The position numbers and the translations under genes were made by a program. Positions 34,460-47,304 of a DNA stretch of 64,000 nucleotides are shown in pieces (position 1 is the stretch's first letter; the number at the start of each line of letters is the position of its first letter). The DNA lies in assembly GCA_016906335.1 (NCBI GenBank), contig JADEYG010000002.1, positions 496,001-560,000 of the forward strand, written 5' to 3'. The notes below the pieces were generated by a model that searched no databases, was not told where the DNA came from, and saw nothing but the letters and a program-made list of their open reading frames with translations. This DNA is from Novakomyces olei. Taxonomy: Eukaryota.

Positions 34460-36037
34460 TCACCACGAGTCAAGTTTCATCGTGCCCTTGTCTTGCAAAT
34501 TCAAGTGCATTTTAAATGCATTCTGCAACATGTGTGGCTCGTGGAAGCTGCCACGTTTCAAGCAAATCCTTTCCGATGTCTCGAAATAATCCAATAGCTG
34601 GTCCCTGTAGTCCGGATGAGAGCAGTTCTTTATGATTCGCAGAGCCCGATCGCGTGGGCAGAGACCGCGCAAATCAGCCAGACCCTGGTCCGTAACAACA
34701 ATATCCAAGTCATGCTCAGTATGGTCAACGTGAGAGGCCATTGGGACTATACAGGAAATTCCAGTCGGATCAGTCTTACTGGGACGTGCGGCGGGAGTGT
34801 GCATAATACTCAGTTTGGCGTTACGCAAAAAGTCCCCACTTCCACCCAGGCCATGAAGCATTCTGCTGCCATTGACATTAGTGCTATTGGCGTGAGCATA
34901 AATATCGACTTCAACAGGAGTATTCATAGCGATACAGCCCAGGCGGCGAATGACCTCGGGGCTGTTGGAGATAACCTGTGGTCGTAGCAGAATCTTTTTC
35001 TTGTACAGATCCATATTCTGGTAGAAACGATCAAAGTACTCGGGCGACAGACGGATACTAGTGGCCGTAGCAAAATCGAGACGCCCGTCCTCCAAAAGTG
35101 GGAGGAAAGTGTCCTGCAGCACTTCAGTCCATACTTCGAGCGAGTCGAATGGCGCATCGCCCAGTGCGCCTACGATGGCATTGGCAATATTGCCAATGCC
35201 AGATTGTAGAGGGTGCAGGCTCTTGGGCATGCGTCCCATTTTGACTTCATGTAGTAAGAATTCAACTAAATGGGCACCGATATTACGGCACGTATCGTCA
35301 AGAGGCGTATTGTGCGGAGTGCGGTCGAGGTAGTCGGCCTCTACAACGGCCACTACTTTGCTATGATCGACGGGGATATAGGTAGTACCCGCACGATCAC
35401 GTACATTATTGATAGGAATGGCAGTGCGGTTAGGCGGATCATCCGGGATGTAAATATCGTGCAGTCCTTCAAAACTGGGCATTTGCGAGTTGACTTCGAT
35501 AATGATCTTATCTGCCAAGCGCAAGAGCTCCGGAGTAGCACCAACCGAGGTTGATGGGATAATGTGGCCCTCTTCCGTGATTGCGGAAGCCTCTACCATT
35601 ACCGTGTCGATTGTGTTGCGCGGTTTGTCGAGGTTATAGTACCCGTAAAGCAGATCTTGCGGGAACATTGATAAATGCTTGTCCTGGAACTTTATGTGCC
35701 CGTCATTGATCCCACGAGAAATACTCTTGCCCACTTGGTGAGGCGTTCTAAACGCAATCATATCATTGTCCGCCCAGCGCGTCTCCGTATCATTTCCACC
35801 TGAAGCGCCTACAAAGAGACGGAACCGCAATTTGCCCTGTAAATTGTTTTGCTCAACGTGCTCGGATAAGACACGCGGCATCGTCTTGGGGTAGCCGACC
35901 CCGGTAAAACCGGACCAGCCGATAGAATCGCCATCCTTGAAAAGCGGGAGCAATTCTGTAGGATGAGCTACGAACTTTGAGCGCAGACCCGCGTGGCGGA
36001 TTCGCGAAGAGAGCGCTGCACTCAGCGAGGCGACCAT
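34460..36037 (-). CDS. ACH1: Acetyl-CoA hydrolase / succinyl-CoA:acetate CoA-transferase
   Basis: [62 protein letters not shown]; first ATG at 36037. Confidence 0.96.
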   Translation of the reverse strand: MVASLSAALSSRIRHAGLRSKFVAHPTELLPLFKDGDSIGWSGFTGVGYPKTMPRVLSEHVEQNNLQGKLRFRLFVGASGGNDTETRWADNDMIAFRTPHQVGKSISRGINDGHIKFQDKHLSMFPQDLLYGYYNLDKPRNTIDTVMVEASAITEEGHIIPSTSVGATPELLRLADKIIIEVNSQMPSFEGLHDIYIPDDPPNRTAIPINNVRDRAGTTYIPVDHSKVVAVVEADYLDRTPHNTPLDDTCRNIGAHLVEFLLHEVKMGRMPKSLHPLQSGIGNIANAIVGALGDAPFDSLEVWTEVLQDTFLPLLEDGRLDFATATSIRLSPEYFDRFYQNMDLYKKKILLRPQVISNSPEVIRRLGCIAMNTPVEVDIYAHANSTNVNGSRMLHGLGGSGDFLRNAKLSIMHTPAARPSKTDPTGISCIVPMASHVDHTEHDLDIVVTDQGLADLRGLCPRDRALRIIKNCSHPDYRDQLLDYFETSERICLKRGSFHEPHMLQNAFKMHLNLQDKGTMKLDSW

Positions 36038-36290
36038 TTGCAATCGGATACTCTCCGGAAGTATGTGTCAAGGGGCAGAAAGGGACGCGGTGCGTATTTA
36101 TACAGATACACTTAATATATACGATTTGTAGTATTCACATTACAATCTAGCTCATAGGCTAAATTTTTTGCTGCCCTGCACGGAAGTGTTTACTAATTTA
36201 CACACAGAATTATATAGCAGAGCGGTATAACGTGAATATTTCACAAATAAGTGTCTGCAAATGAAAAAGAAATGCGTACACTATATAGAG

Positions 36291-36362
36291 GTATGTGTCT
36301 TCTATATGAATTATGTGCCTTCTGTATATAGTTATGTGCCTTCTGTATGAGTTATGTGTCCT
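36291..36362. repeat. About 20-bp tandem repeat (TTATGTGCCTTCTGTAT..) x3.5
   Basis: Directly visible in the ACH1 upstream region. Confidence 0.8.
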
Positions 36363-37304
36363 TGTGCCGTCGTGGTACGCTTTGCATATTATATACAGAT
36401 TAGTTGGTATACATTACACGTCGCTACTATATTCGCTATACTCATGTAAGGAGCGACTCGTAGTGTGGGGGAACGCGTAGGAGCGATTGCTCCTTTTGAC
36501 ACTTCCCCGGCTTATTGCCGGCGTATCCGCGGAACAAAGTCGAAGCCGTGTCGAAATGGGAAACACTAAAGAAGTATTCTCCAAACATGCAGACGGCTTG
36601 GAACACGTCAATTACGTATTTTTGGACTCTGTTTTCGCTATCGCCTGCGGTTTCGGACGCTGCGTTTTCGAAAACAGCGGTTTATGGTACCGTCTTTATT
36701 CCTGTCTGTGATTATGCACTATGTGTGCTATACGTACATCGCGTATGGTATTTGTGCAAAAAATATAATGTGCCACATCCTTGTGTCTATGTTTGTCACA
36801 ACGAGTAGCAATAGCAAGCAATCACACATATTTACATGCGTTGGGTGAGTGTTTTCTTGCTTTGATGCCTTTATGTTTATTACAATACGACAAAGCGCCA
36901 AACTTTGGCCTGTACCATTCGTATATTTGTATACAGACTTTATGGAATTTGACGACTATAAGGTTTACGTGTCCACGTTTAACCGGTATTCAGTAGGATA
37001 TCAATGCAGGATTGTACTAGATACTTTATAGAGGAGGAACAGATATTCCATGGGCAGTAGACGGGATACCAACAAGTGGCATTTTAGCTTCGTACAAGCC
37101 AGCCTTTCTAGGCTTAACCAACCTTTACTGCTAAGTTTTTAACTTACCAGCGTCACGCGAAGATATGTAACCTTTGTAATTTACACACAGGCCCACAAGC
37201 ATCCAGTAGCAAGCGTCCCCATTGTGTGCCTTGTGTCCTCCACGCTCCGCGCCTGGTCCCTAAGCTGCCAACTTTGCGCCTTTTGCAAGCCACTCAACCT
37301 TAGT

Positions 37305-37902
37305 TTAATCATCTTGCTGGGTCAATGCCTTCAGTAACGTCTGCGCAATGTTAATATTCGTACCCGTCACAGGCATACCTCAACATTCTCCGCCAATACT
37401 TGCGCGTGACCTCTGTCGTCACGCGTAAATCGTAAATCACTTAGACCTCCCACGCGTCTAGACGAATCAACAAGAATTCCAATCCAAAGCTTACTCATCC
37501 AACTGCTCCATTGCCGTCGCTGCGGCGGCCTCGTCTGCCGCAATCTCTGCTTTGACATCTAAGATGGCAGTTTTAAGACGAGAATTCATCTGTGCAAGAT
37601 TTAAATGCGTCTCTTCCTTATCCAGTACATGAACGTCTCTCCTCAATGATTCTTGCGTTAAATGGGACTCTAGTCTAATATTCTTTTTAACTCGCCGCCG
37701 CCGCTTCTCCCACTCGTACTCCAGTGCGCTGTATAGCGCAGTAACTGTCTCGTTCTCCCTAGTCGATCAATGAATGATATGATGACCATAGTCTAGTTTA
37801 CCTTTTGTCGCGTGGGTAAAACTCACGAAACGCGTCTAGCGTGATAATATCGCTGAATGTGTCGCCGCACAGAAACTGCAGCAGCAGCTCGGTCTCCGAC
37901 AT
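37305..37902 (-). CDS. cnl2: Kinetochore protein, Cnl2/Nkp2 family, 4 exons
   Basis: Manual model MSETELLLQFL....SDIITLDAFREFYP...VTALYSAL...VKKNI...ERVGGLSDLRF...TQQDD-stop, with three short GT-AG introns. Matches the family pattern (E..L..FL, I+L..F...FP, VG.LSDLR). Confidence 0.8.
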
Positions 37903-38157
37903 TCTGAGGTACGGGCAGGCAGCTCGCGTCCACCACAACAAATGACACTTTACAATCCCCCGAAATACTAACTTTAGACATAACTTTTACTATAATCCAT
38001 ACATGTTAAACGTAGCAGCGTACTAACATTACACATTTAATATTTGACATGTAACTTTGAATATCACCATGTAACTTTGAATAACGTCTCGCACACAGTG
38101 ATTGGCACACAATCTCTTGGATGAATATTGGTGGTGGTACATTTCCAGCACCACACA

Positions 38158-39408
38158 ATGTTTAAAACCGGCGACAAGGCGCTCGCCTTTCACGGCCCTT
38201 TGCTTTATGAGGCAAAAGTATGGTTCCTGTTTTTCCGTCACGATCTAACATTCAGATTCTGGATACGCGAGACGAGGAGGGCCGGCAGTACTTTGTACAT
38301 TACAAGGGCTGGAAAGACACGTAAAAACCAATGCGTATAAGACTATTCTGGGCTAATTCGTGATCAAGGTGGAACGAGTGGGTTCTGGAAGATCGTTTAC
38401 TGGAAATAAATGAGGAGAACGTTCGTACGCAGAAAGAATTGCGTGAGGCCACATTGGCGAGCCAGCGGGCCGCTAATGCCAACAAGAAATCTACTCCTGC
38501 CGCGGCCGATAATTCAAGTAATTCTACGGCAACTCCTGGAGGACATACACGCGGACAGAAGAGATCGCGCGAGTCTGGAGCTACAGAGCATACTGACCGG
38601 GAAGAAGAATTAAAACGTCCCGAGTTTAAACTTGAAATTCCTGAAAGTCTTAAATCTCAGCTTGTGGACGATTGGGAAAACGTGACCAAGAACCAACAAT
38701 TGGTTTCGCCTTTACCGCGTAATCCCAACGTAGCTGAGATTATCAGAGCGTATGAAAAGGAACAAACTGGCAAGTACCGGGCCGGCAGTGCCGAGGCCGA
38801 TATTTTTACAGAGATAATGGCCGGCTTAAAGATCTATTTCGACAGGTGTTTTGGAACATTGCTATTGTACCGGTTCGAAAGGCAGCAATATTTGGAGGTG
38901 AAGAAAAAGAAGGAGTTTTCTGGGAAGGAAATGAGCGATGTTTTTGGCGCAGAGCATTTGCTCCGCTTGTTTGGTATGATTCCCGTTCCATTCTGTTTCT
39001 CACTATAAATTTTTTTCCAAGGGGCTTATTTATTTTTTTTGTAACGAGGCCTAAAAATGTTTTATTTACATATTATTGTATCACATTACGAGCGATGTAC
39101 TACGATGCCATTCATTTTGCTATATCGAATGAAGTATATTTTATATTACATGTACAACGGCACGCGTAAATTCAGGGCTTTAGGCCATGAATATTCATAT
39201 ATTAAAGAGCCTGTTTGCGAAATGCTAACGTGCAGTATCATTGCCTGAACTTGTGGCGCACACAAATATGGACTACCAGTCGGTTCTAGTCCTTCGGCAT
39301 CACCTCGAGCAATTTCTCCAATACCTCGCAGCGAACCAGGCGTCACTATTCCTCAGCAGCTATGAGAACGCTTCTCCAAACTACCAGTCGCTGTCCCGTG
39401 GTGCCTAG
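38158..39408 (+). CDS. EAF3: MRG-family chromodomain protein (Eaf3/Alp13), 4 exons
   Basis: AFHGPLLYEAK, YFVHYKGWKDTWNEWV, LKSQLVDDWENVTK, LLYRFERQQY, GAEHLLRLF-VSLPEL. Confidence 0.95.
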
Positions 39409-39589
39409 ATTTAGATTATTATGTACAAATGGTGTTCGTGAAAGCGATAAAATTGGACCAGAACCTGTGTTCAACGTAAAACCACAGATGCTTGGCTATA
39501 CTCCGACTTTTTGCAGCAAGTGACCTAGCACGTAGAACATTTGGCCCAGTAGACGGTCAAAGAGATTGCTATATTCCTGAATAAACGTA

Positions 39590-40875
39590 TTACCGAGCCC
39601 GCGAAACTGAGGGAAAATTGCGGCTGTCTATTAGTAAAAATACATAAATAAACACAAACAGGAACACAGTAAAATATATTAGACGACAGTATGGTGAAAA
39701 AATAGGAAAAGCAACAATTATATTTTTATTGTTGTTTGAATATAAATATCATGATGATGATGATGATGATGATAAACATAATAATAATAATAACAATCGT
39801 GATCAAATTCTAAAATCAACATTTTAAGTCACTTACACGTTTAACAAAGATCCTTTAAAGCTCCGGATCTCCTTCCTTAAAGCTGAGACCGCGTCACCAT
39901 TATCTGCGCTACTTGTAGACCAGCTGGTCCGAGAGCCCATTCGCATAGCCCCAGTAGTATGAGCATTTCGTGTCAGCATATTTACAGCAGTGCTCAAGTT
40001 TCGTTCCGCTTCCTCGTTGGCTCCATTTATGCGTTGCAGCTGACGAACTTTAGCGGCAAGAGCTTGTAGCCGTTCTGCCAAAAGCGTCTCAGTACCCGAA
40101 AGAGACTTTTCTGTTTCAATTTCCGATGAATTTTCCATTTTTCCATCGTTACTCTTGCCAACTTCTTCATCCGCTACCGAAATCCGCTGTAACAATGTAC
40201 GTGCGGCTTCACTCAACGACTGCCATTGCTGTCGCGCAGTTTGTGCATAGTCACCTCTGAAACCACATAGACGAATAAACATTGGTGCGAAAACGATCTG
40301 GAAATAGTCAGTATTTGTTCAAATCCAACACTAGTTGAACAATTTGTGTTGTTCTATAAATTCATTTAATTGAATATTGTTTTTTAATTGAATATTGTTT
40401 TTTAATTGAATATTGTTTTTTATTTGAATATTGTTTTTTATTTGAATATTGTTTTTTCATTTGAATCCTGTTGGCGTACCTTTCCAATAACGTAGGCTAC
40501 GATAGCCGACCCCGCGACACAATAAACAAGCCGAAGCAATAATCGCAGCAGTGGTATCTTTCTCGTTGCGGGCGGCCGGACACTCATGTACTCTGGCAAT
40601 GTTACAATCGGAGCCGGAACTCGCGGCCTTGCGGGGGGCAAAGAGGAGCCTTCCAGTTTCCACGCAGACGTTGGCATAGCAACCTCCTCTGGCCGCGGCT
40701 CCAAATGCTGTAGCTCTTGATCGCGGTCTACTGCGAGCGCCCGATTGCGCACCTGCTGCTGTTCTGTTGCATTGTAGCTGCCTCGAGGTACATTTTCAGG
40801 TAACCTTTGAGAAAGAACCCGCTGAATACGGTCGTCCACAGAAGAGCTGCCGCCGCCGTCGTTCCTGTCCGCCAT
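39590..40875 (-). CDS. Peroxisomal docking peroxin, Pex33 (Pex14/17)-like, 3 exons
   Basis: PIVTLPEY motif, TM segment, coiled coil and C-terminal LRKEIRSFKGSLLNV-RNFP, completed by a small last exon ending at 39590. Confidence 0.7.
40370..40465. repeat. 18-bp tandem repeat (TTGAATATTGTTTTTTAA) x~5 inside an intron
   Basis: Directly visible. Confidence 0.9.
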
Positions 40876-41367
40876 GTTTACATTTACTGTATATGACTAG
40901 ACAGTAGACAATAAACAAGAGGTGGGTCTTGTGGATTATCAAACTACTAGAAGTATAACATTGAATAAAGCTTTCAGTGGAATAATGCTTTGTACATTAT
41001 AATAAATCTTTGTACATTAGAATAAAGCTTTGTACACTTAGTGATGATGATGGAGGACAAGAGTGTATTATAAAGCTTGCGTGTGTATATAAATGTACGG
41101 CGTATAGCCATTATGTTTCATTGTCAAACATACTTTTGTACAATCTACTCCACAATTTAGAGCAACTTTCTTGCAATTGGATTTATGGTACAGAAAACGT
41201 ACAGTATTCTCTGAGCATTCGAGAGTACGACGTGTACACGTTATACGCTAAGAAGCAAGCTAAAGTAGTCTAATCAGTCGCAAGTTTATCTAACTTTGGC
41301 GACCACCGTACATTAGAACTGTATAAAAGCGCTCGCGCTCTATACCCTTCAACTCTTTCACGCAGCC

Positions 41368-42354
41368 ATGAGAGCAATCAACGCGAAACGCGTGATCCAG
41401 TCAGACGAGGAGGAGGATGGGGACGATGTCGAAGAAGAGTCGGTAAAAAGCTCTGACCTCTCTGATATTGACGATGTGGCGGAACCCGGCACGGACGACG
41501 AGAATGATGCAAAACAGGGGAAAGCAGGCCGGCGTAGTGGGCTACGAGCGGCGCCAGCCAAAAAGACGAGCTCTGTAGAAACCGGTACGGGACGGCCTGC
41601 ACGTCAGATTCGTCCTTCGCGTAAATCGTCAGCGAATGAAACGGCCGCAAAATCCGGTAAGAAAGTGTCCGTTGACGCTTCAGTGGGGTCAAGATCGCGA
41701 TCCGCAAAGGCGGACCTAGATGAAGATGAGGATGATGATGAAGGCAAAGACGAAGACGATTTATTATTAGAGGACGAAGAAGAGGAAGAAGAGGAAGACG
41801 AGAATGACGAGAATGAGAATGACGAGGAAGACGAGGAAGAGGATGAAGAGTTGCTGTATGAAAACAGCGAGGCACGTTCTACTCCAGTGGACTTTTCGCG
41901 GTTGACAAAACGGCAGCGTACAAAGTACGAGGATGAGGAGGACCGTGAGGAGCTGCTAGAGCTGCCCACCGAACCTTCTGGTAACAAGAAAATTCTTACA
42001 GAGGAGGAGCAAGCTCTACGGCGCAGTGAGATATCTCGTAAGCGAAAGAATTTGACAGAGAGGAGATTGGAGGAAGAGAAGTTGGAGACCATTAATCGTC
42101 TTTTGAAAAAGCAGGCATCTTCAAAACGAGGCCGGACTCGTGATGACGGGACTAGCAAGGCTGGTACTGGTAACGATGCGGACGATGATGAAGACGAGGC
42201 TAGGCGGAAGCAGCTTGAGCTTGAGCAGCCAGCAAGGCCTCCGAGGATGGTTCGCTGGGTAAGCGGCAGAGAAGGAGAGGTTCTTGGAGTGCCTACAGAG
42301 CTGGAACGATTTTTCCAGCCTGCTTCAAGTGCCGCTTCAGCTACCAAAGTCTAA
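41368..42354 (+). CDS. IES2: INO80 complex subunit Ies2 (PAPA-1 domain)
   Basis: Acidic N-terminal half, LTKRQR, EEQALRRSEISRKRKNLTERRLEEEKLETINRLLKKQ, MVRWVS. Confidence 0.9.
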   Translation: MRAINAKRVIQSDEEEDGDDVEEESVKSSDLSDIDDVAEPGTDDENDAKQGKAGRRSGLRAAPAKKTSSVETGTGRPARQIRPSRKSSANETAAKSGKKVSVDASVGSRSRSAKADLDEDEDDDEGKDEDDLLLEDEEEEEEEDENDENENDEEDEEEDEELLYENSEARSTPVDFSRLTKRQRTKYEDEEDREELLELPTEPSGNKKILTEEEQALRRSEISRKRKNLTERRLEEEKLETINRLLKKQASSKRGRTRDDGTSKAGTGNDADDDEDEARRKQLELEQPARPPRMVRWVSGREGEVLGVPTELERFFQPASSAASATKV

Positions 42355-42422
42355 GGTAGTTTAATATTGTTTATAAATACTCAAATTCAACACAAAGTCT
42401 AAGCCAATCTATTTTACATCTC

Positions 42423-43811
42423 CTAATCTCGGATATACTTTTTCAAATTGCGCAACCGCACTACTGCTTCCTCCAATAAATCAGTAGTCTTGCAAAAGGC
42501 AAATCGCAAAAACCGTTCTCCCAGCGGCCAGTTTTCCTTTGTCATAAACTCGCTTGGTGGAATAGCAACGACTTCAATTTCACGAGTCAGCCAGTAGGCC
42601 TTCCCAAAATCTGCAGCTCGGCCCTCAGTGACTGCAGCCGGTAGGACATAGTCCTCTGGGATCTTTATCCGTTCTGTGTTTACGAGCAGGAAATAGCTTC
42701 CCTCTGGAATAACGTAGGGTAGACCGAGATCATCAAAGACGCCACGCAGTATCTGCAATCGCTGCTGGTATTCTGCCACAGTTTTACGGTAGTAATCGTG
42801 TTTAGGCGCTTGCTCAAAGGCATCAGCAATTGCCTCTTGGCAGGGTGAATTTACCGTAAACACTATACGGATGTGGGCAGAGAGCGCGTACCGCAATAGA
42901 TGATCTGGTCCAATAAGCCAGCCAACCCGGTATCCCGTACACCCAAACGTTTTGCCAGCAGAGCCAACGGTGATAGTGCGCTCATAGTATTCGGGCTTCA
43001 GAGTAGCAATACGTGTAAATTCCGTGTAGTAAAGCTGATCGTACACTTCGTCCGACACGATAAGCAGGTTGTGCTTCACAGCAAGGTCTCCGATAGCCTC
43101 CAACTCTTCGCGATCAAACACTTTCCCTATAGGATTGTGTGGGGTATTGAGCACAATAGCCCTCGTTCGAGGAGTGATTTTTGATTTTAATTCGTCAAAG
43201 TCAAGACGCCACTCACTGGCCGCGTGAGTACGGCTGTCCGCATCCGCCGGTGGCCGTAAGGCCACGTACACTGGTTTGGCTCCAGTCATACTAATGTTTG
43301 GAATATACTGATCAAAGAACGGTTCCATTACAATTGCCTCGTCGCCGGGGTTTAAAAACGCAGAGAAACAGGCAAACATGCCTTCATTAGCGCCCGCAGT
43401 AACACATACCTCCTTGCTCGGGTCCAATGTTCGATTAAAGTGGGGCGAGTAAGCGTCGGCCAAGGCTTTAAGCAGCCGAGGCCGCCCGCGTGGTGGCGAG
43501 TAGTGGTTTACCGCTGCCTCATCGATGTGTGCTTTGACTGCTTCACGTACAAAAGCCGGTGGTGGAAAGTTCATGAAACCTTGGCCAAGGTTAACGGGCG
43601 GTTTAGCCGCCGATGCCGCCGCTTCATTGAACAATGACCAAATGTCCTGTTTGGATACGGCAAAGGCGGCACTCGGTTGAGGTACAGCGGAGGCCGTCAT
43701 TGGGTTTGAGGCAGTCGCGACTTTGCCAGTGCCTTTAGCCGACGCGGACAGTTTAGTCGTTGCTGATTTAGCTGATTGTAATGTGCCTTGCAAATTGTTT
43801 ATCAGTGGCAT
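42423..43811 (-). CDS. BNA3: Kynurenine/glutamine aminotransferase class I
   Basis: DIWSLFNEAA, NLGQGF, VTAGANEG, LNTPHNPIGK, SDEVY, GSAGKTFGCTGYRVGW (PLP lysine), LRFAFCK. Confidence 0.9.
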   Translation of the reverse strand: MPLINNLQGTLQSAKSATTKLSASAKGTGKVATASNPMTASAVPQPSAAFAVSKQDIWSLFNEAAASAAKPPVNLGQGFMNFPPPAFVREAVKAHIDEAAVNHYSPPRGRPRLLKALADAYSPHFNRTLDPSKEVCVTAGANEGMFACFSAFLNPGDEAIVMEPFFDQYIPNISMTGAKPVYVALRPPADADSRTHAASEWRLDFDELKSKITPRTRAIVLNTPHNPIGKVFDREELEAIGDLAVKHNLLIVSDEVYDQLYYTEFTRIATLKPEYYERTITVGSAGKTFGCTGYRVGWLIGPDHLLRYALSAHIRIVFTVNSPCQEAIADAFEQAPKHDYYRKTVAEYQQRLQILRGVFDDLGLPYVIPEGSYFLLVNTERIKIPEDYVLPAAVTEGRAADFGKAYWLTREIEVVAIPPSEFMTKENWPLGERFLRFAFCKTTDLLEEAVVRLRNLKKYIRD

Positions 43812-45361
43812 GCGCGCGCGTGCCAACGGGTACGCACTACACAATACTTTTGCCGATACGAAAAACCCTGAATTCGATGTCGAATAGCGTTAGATTTGGA
43901 TATAGATAGCGGTTTAATGTACTGTGTGCGATGCGGATAAGGTTACGTTTCACTTGAAGCTTAGCAAGTTTGTATAAGCGGATTATATATCAACAAGGTT
44001 CAAGACCGATTTAAAGAGACGAAATGTAGGTCAGTGTTTGCCTGAGTGTAACGTCTAGTGTTCTCTAGTCTGCAGAATTTCGCACTGAATATATATATGT
44101 CTGGTAAAGTTACTATAAAGTTACACAAAGGTAACTTTGCCGGTGCAGTAGTCCGTTTCGTATTATATTAGTACTGCATCTCCTCCATATTGGCAATCTT
44201 CTCGCTGCAACCTGATAGCGTGTCGGACATTCGATATAATTGAGAGGTTGTATCGCGTTTAGCCAAGGCTGCCAAGGAAGAAAAAGGGTTGCTACGCCGA
44301 CTCTGTTCATTATAATGGTCATATAATTACGGTAGCGGTAGCGCTGTCATGTTTATTTTATTTGAAACTGTACCTTGTGGCCAGTTTACCGCTCTACTAC
44401 TGTGACTGCAGAATGTAAAGGCATCTGGCACGCTAGTTAACCTATATCCAACCTTAGAATCGTTAGACTGGCTCAGTGTCGTGAGCGGCAATACGCAATT
44501 GCTCTATATTTTTTCTTGATGGCAGCGCTTTTGATAGTCAATATACGAGACGCTGCTTGAGGGAAAAAAATATTCTCGAACCTAGAGCTACCGCGCAAGG
44601 GCTATTCCATTTTCATGCCACAAAATTTCAACATAGCCTCATGCAGCCAAGACACTAGGCCAAATAAAGGCTGAACTATAAAAGCATACTATTATATTTC
44701 GTAAAATTGCGTAAAAAGAACGGCTGGCACCAAAAGCTAGCAGCTTACTTAGCTCCAGAGCCATGTATTAAAACAAATGTTGTCCCAAAACCATACATTT
44801 GACAGTTGAACGCTACCATTTAATAAGTATAATCCAATGCTCCGTTCGGATCGCTAAACTACACACAAAAATCCAATCACTTCTCGGTTCTATAGAAAAC
44901 CCTAGACAAAATGCCCTCAAATTTAGTCTGATATTAATTTTGCAGGAACAGATATTGGACAGCTTGAATCCCAAATAATCCAACAACGAAAAGCACAAGC
45001 TTGTGGTACCGCGTTTTATCTTTGACTAGCATACTCCAAGCTGTTTATAGGCGAAGATTTACTTGTTGTACTGTTCAGGTCCGTCTTTTGATCACGAAAA
45101 AGTCGTTCTTTATCGCAGGAACTGCGCCTTTGCTACAGATTCTTTAGCGTGCGGAGCAACACGCATCGCTATCACTTTTACCCTCCCACAAATTTATTGT
45201 GAGTGATAGGAGACGCGTCCACAAAAAATTAAACGACGCGACTTTTTGTGACTCGGTCGCGGCGTTGTACTGTTAACACTATTATCTCCCTGATCCACGG
45301 GTCTCTTTATCTTCAACAGTTTCATTTTAAACTTTTTATTCTAAACTTTTTCTTCGCAAAG

Positions 45362-47304
45362 ATGGCCGATACAGAAGAGGTTACTGGGATTGACTCTGGT
45401 GCAGGCACCGACACTAGTTCAACCAGCAAAATGGCGCCTGGCACAGGTGCTCCCGGTACCGCCCCGGCGCCTTCGCCGGGATCAGGCCGTCGAACTTTGT
45501 ACGTTGGAAACCTGGAAAAGTCTATTACCGAAAATATGCTAAGCGAGATTTTCGGAATCTCTGGCGGAGTAAAGCTTGTCAAAATTGTGAACGAGCGACC
45601 GGTATGTACTATTAACTTTTCATTGAGTCTTATAATCTCTCTCTTCTTTTTTTTTTTTTTTTTTTTTTGGTGAAAGAGTATGCATCGTTTTCCATTCACC
45701 GACTCGATTCTTTTATCTAAAATCGTTTCTTATTGCTGCATTTTGTTTGTTTGTTATTGGATCCAAGTATTATCATCGTTGTGATACCTAACAGATTTTA
45801 GAATGCAATTGGCGCGCAAAGTTTTAATTATGGGTTTGTGGAATACGAAGATCCACGTGCAGCAGAAACGGCTATTCAAATGCTATCCGGCCGCAGAATA
45901 AACGATGTTGTAGGTTTCAATCGTTATATTTGTTCTCTTATTCTTTCTCAATTTTCTTTGTTACCCTTTTCCAATTTGATTAAATGTTCTTAAAAAGATT
46001 TGGCATTCTAATACTTTTCCGTGTACACCTTCCCTCAAAATCCGTCTCTACCAGTTCTTTTCAACTTACATTATTTCCGTCTCGTCATACATAAAGTATG
46101 TATAATATTAATACTGACTTTGCAGGAAATGAAACTAAGCTGGGCGCATCAAAACCAAATCCCCTTGCCTGTAAACAGCGATGGACAACGTGCGCCAGCT
46201 GTATACGCCCGGCCTCGGCCCTTTAACGAACCACGGCCAGACACATCTGAGCATTTCCATCTCTTCGTTGGCGATTTGTCAACTGAAATTGATGAGCCTG
46301 CGCTGTGGAATGCCTTCTCTCAAGTCGGCCCTTCTCTCTCCGATGCCAGGGTCATGTGGGATATGACTAGTCTTCGGTCACGTGGCTACGGGTTCGTTTC
46401 ATTTAAAGAATTGTCCGATGCTGAACACGCACTTTCAACAATGAACGGTGAATGGATCGGAAACCGTCAGGTACGTGTTTCATGGGCCAATACTCAGCCT
46501 GGAAGGAACACGGGCCCAAACACTCCAACTCATTCTGGTGGACGCAGTTTTAGCCATAACAATGCAAACAATAATCAGCACGGTGGCCATCACTACCACC
46601 ACAACAACCACAGAGGAGGATCTTCCGGGTACCCGTACAGTGTTACTCGACCGGGTCCAGGTGGTGTACTCCATCATTCGTTTGAAGAGGTTATTTCCCA
46701 GACTCCTGCTCACAATACAACAGTGTACGTTGGCAATTTGCCCCCTACCGTTACGCAAAACGAGCTCATGATGCTCCTAGGAGGCTTCGGATTTATTATG
46801 GAGGTTAAAACTTCACCAGAACGTGGATACGCTTTCATTAAACTCAATAGCCACGAGGCTGCAGCAATGGCTATTTGCCAATTGCCTGGTTCTCTAATAC
46901 AAGGCCGTCCTGTCCGAGTTTCCTGGGGCCGCCCGAACTCTGGCGCTTCAGGTAATGCTAACGTTGGCTCTGTCGGAGGACCTGGAGGAGCAATTAGAAA
47001 CTCACAAGCGCTTTATTCTCCGGGAACTGGAGCCGTTTACCAACAGCCGGTAGGCGCTTCGTCCCAGCAGGCGCCTGGTGGTGCTAATGCTGCTGGAGTA
47101 ACTCAACCGTTTCAAACGCACAACAATAATGCAGGTGCTCGAGGACAATACGGTGGAGCAGCAGCTGCGGCTATGAGCGGTTTTGTTCCCTATGGACAGC
47201 ACGGGAATCCAGTATGGGCGGCTCAACAGGGCATGATAAATTCACAGGGCAACCCGGCCTGGGCTCTACCTTCGGATCAAATGCAGCAGCAGACAAAGCA
47301 GTAG
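45362..47304 (+). CDS. PUB1: Three-RRM poly(U)-binding protein, Pub1/TIA-1 family, with Q/N/G-rich tail
   Basis: Exons 45362-45601, 45802-45909, 46126-47304. LYVGNL/NYGFVEY, FHLFVGDLS..DARVMWD...RSRGYGFVSF, TTVYVGNL..RGYAFIKL.SHE.AAMAI. Confidence 0.9.

Noticed and set aside
41604..42347. 247-aa Ser-rich antisense ORF
   Set aside because: Shadow of the Glu/Asp-rich IES2 codons on the opposite strand.
43990..44010. GGTTCAAGACC B-box-like motif (possible tRNA)
   Set aside because: No T-stem pairing or cloverleaf around it.
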